Assembly (NCBI RefSeq): GCF_009914755.1
Contig: NC_060946.1
Reading direction: 5' to 3' (one strand)
Origin: the human T2T-CHM13v2.0 reference genome, Homo sapiens
DNA: 64,000 nt
A model generated the notes under the pieces. It made no database searches, had not been told where the DNA came from, and saw nothing but the letters and a program-made list of their open reading frames with translations. The position numbers and the translations under genes were made by a program. Positions 61,246-64,000 of the stretch are shown in pieces. Each line of letters starts with the position of its first letter. Within the stretch, counting starts at the first letter, position 1.

Positions 61246-63701
61246 TTGGCTACCATCACTCCATTTAGAAGTACTAAAAAAGACTTTTTAGCCAAGAGGG
61301 TCAGCATTACTTTGACTGCAGTATAAGATAGAAATAAATTTACTTTGGAAAGCCACTCATCAACAATCTTAAAATATGACAGGTAACAACCTGTTTTAAA
61401 CTGGATTTTGTTTAGACTGCATCATTTTGTTAAAAGGAGAGGTTCAGAGAAGGTGATTTGAATTTTGGCTGGGAGAAAGGTAGTCTGTCCTAAGGATAGT
61501 GGTACTGACTGGATATCTTTTATATTCTCAAAAGCTGCCATTCTAGGTACCATGGGGAGAGAGCTGGGGCAAAAAACTGTCCTGGTTCCTAACCTCTTGA
61601 GGCTCTCTTGAGAAATCCAGGAGAGACAAGGGGTGGTTTTGAAGCAGGGTGCTAGAGAGGGAAGACTTTCCAGACTTAAAGTAGCCCCTGCCAGTGTCTC
61701 CTGAAAGACCTTTGGCTCCAGGTACCCTCACAGGTCTAATCTTTTTGTGGTTTTTGCATCCCTCTTGTCTTCTGAATAACTTCAAGTCACTTGTCAAGTT
61801 CTCCTGCCCTTTAGTTGGAAAAAATAACCCCACAGGAATTATTAGCTGTTTGCTTTACAGTTCACAAAGTTGAATCGAGGTGTTTTAGGTGGCTCAGGCC
61901 CTGATACTTCATCATTTAAATAATTGGCCAGAGCTGCTTAGTGGTGGTAGGAGAGCAATGACCCCCTTGAGAATATTTTAGTGTTTTCTTAGGAGAAATG
62001 CCAGCTACATCTACAGGGTAGGAACAGTGCTTTCCTTGTAGGTGTTACGCTCCTAATACAACATTTTCTCTTGTACTTTATGCAGGAATTGGCTCCTTGA
62101 CTTCATTTGCTTTGCCCCGGTCTGGTGGGGCTCCATCTTTGTGTCTCTCGCATCTATAAATGGGTTGGAACAGGGATTACAGGGTCACCCTATAGTTCTC
62201 CCATGGTTTAGCGGTGGGGAAACTTGCTGAAGTCACTCAGAGAACCCAACTATTTCCTCCTCTGCCTGGAACAACCATGTAGTGGTTTTACTTGGAGAGT
62301 TTTGTATGATTTGGCCTGCTAGCCTGTGATGCCAGGGGGAATAAAAAACCCTAGGCATATATTGAATCATTAAGTGCTTCTTAAGTTTATTCACTCACCA
62401 AATATTTATTGGATGCAGGGGCCCAGAAGCTGAGCATGTGGTTCTACCTGCTTGCAAGCAGCAGCCCCCACGTTTCTCTGGAGAGGCTGGTGGCGGGCAG
62501 CATTTGCACATGGTTAGTCATTGCAGTTTGGCTTTGAGTTTACACCTGAATAAAATCATTAGCACAGAAGCTTGGGCCAAAGAAAGACAGTTTTGCATTT
62601 GTTTAAAGCCTGGGCCAGTGTAGGAGGTGCGATGAGTCAAGATCTCTCTCTCTTCCTCCCTCTCTCTCCTGCCGCCCCTCTTTCTCTCATCATCTTCTTA
62701 AAGTGTGGTTGTTCTCAGTCTCAATTTCATTAACTTTGACAACTGCGTTTTCTTGTTTTATGAGCCCCCCGGGGGCTGGTAGCAAAAAAATAGGTTAAAG
62801 GAAGGCAAAGTTATCCCCTTGGGCAGCTTAGTCCCTGCAGAATTCATGATTTTCCATCCATTTCTTGGCTCTGAAGAAGCAGGCAGTGGACAGAGGCAGA
62901 AAAGGCATAGGAGGAAAACAGCCAAGCTAGCTTGGGGGTGGGAGCTCCTTCCTGTGGATGTTGAAACTTGTTGAAAACCCACGAAGGGAGGACTCTGTCC
63001 GCTGCAGGCGGGCCAGGCATTCGGAAAAGCCTGTGGGAGAAGAGGGGTGGCCTAGACACAGGCTAACCCCCTCCCCACCACCCACCCTCTTCACCTACCC
63101 GCGTACTTACAGACAATGCCACAGGGTGAAACCTTGAAATAAGAGAGGATGTCCTAAATTAAAACACGTAAATGCCTCTCCAAGAGTTCAAATAAAATTT
63201 CATTTTAAAAGCAAAAGGCATAAACTTGTCACCTCAGTTTATTACTGAGTGCTTTTGAACTTCTCAGAAAAGAACTCTATAAACTCATGAGAGAAATATG
63301 ATTTATGATCCCCTCCTTCTCTTCTTTTCCATTCTGTGGGAGGAGGTACAGTCAGGATCAGCTAGGGAGGCAGCGTTGGGATGAGGGCAAGACCCCACAG
63401 GGGAGCAGCAGGCCAGGGCGCCAGGCCAGGCCCAGCCTCAGACCAGGCATGGGCGCATCTCTCCAGCTTTCTGAGCCTCTCTCCTGTACTTAATGTGGAG
63501 AGGCTGTTGTGGGTTCCTTGTTCTTCTAATATTTTGAGCTTCTGTATCATATTTAAAATCTTTCTTTGATATTCTAGTTCGGAGAGATTCTAGTTACAGC
63601 ATTGAAAAACAGGCTCTGTTACCTGTGGCAGTTTAAGTCCTAAGAAGTTAAAATAGAATAAAATTGACATTTCTTAGAGTTTGCTATTAAGTAAGGGTCT
63701 T

Positions 63702-64000
63702 GGCCAGGCACGGTGGCTCACACTTGTAATCCCAGCACTTTGGGAGGCCGTGCCGGGCAGATCACTTGAGGCCAGGAGTTTGAAACCAGCCTGGCCAATA
63801 TGGCGAAATCCCATCTCTACTAAAAATACAAAATTAGCTGGGAGTGGTGGCATGCACCTGTAGTTCCATCTGCTTGGGAGTCTGAGGCAGGAGAATTGCT
63901 GGAGGTGGAGGTTGGAGTGTGCTGTGATCGCACCACTGTACTCTAGGCTGGGCGACAGAGGAAGACCCTGTCTCCAGTCAATCAATCAGTCAATCAGTCA
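63702..64000 (+). mobile_element. AluS/J-type with (TCAA)n tail
   Basis: Dimeric Alu running to the window end. Confidence 0.92.

Larger units (their letters stand above)
60501..64000 (+). other. ZNRF3: ZNRF3 intron 2 (5' portion)
   Basis: Begins gtaagc. The next exon (AKRAVQRG...) is not in the window. Confidence 0.9.

Overview
Human (primate) genomic DNA, repeat-rich and almost entirely intronic. The only coding sequence is a 126-nt phase-0/0 exon at 60375-60500 (MHPLGLC...TVLGK), which I recognise as exon 2 of ZNRF3 (Wnt-antagonist transmembrane RING E3 ligase, PA ectodomain), + strand. Bases 1-60374 are therefore the 3' part of intron 1 and 60501-64000 the start of intron 2. The introns hold about 37 Alu/FLAM/FRAM pieces (many with visible TSDs), old L1M/L2/MIR fragments, MaLR and ERVL-type solo LTRs, and DNA transposons (MER20, MER5A, MER3, Charlie1a, Tigger3/4, MER46C, MADE2). 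Repeat subfamily calls are from memory of consensus sequences and boundaries without TSDs are approximate. I see no new multi-gene system. The most unusual signals are small-scale: (i) about 100 bp of unique Alu-flanking DNA from 48.3 kb copied into another Alu 31 kb away at 17.5 kb; (ii) a three-copy octamer-containing element forming a perfect 17-bp hairpin plus a 37-bp inverted partner 2.7 kb away; (iii) a 33-nt truncated U2 snRNA retrocopy with a 14-bp TSD; (iv) several template-switch scars; (v) TCF/LEF and AP-1 motif clusters and two candidate unannotated exons.
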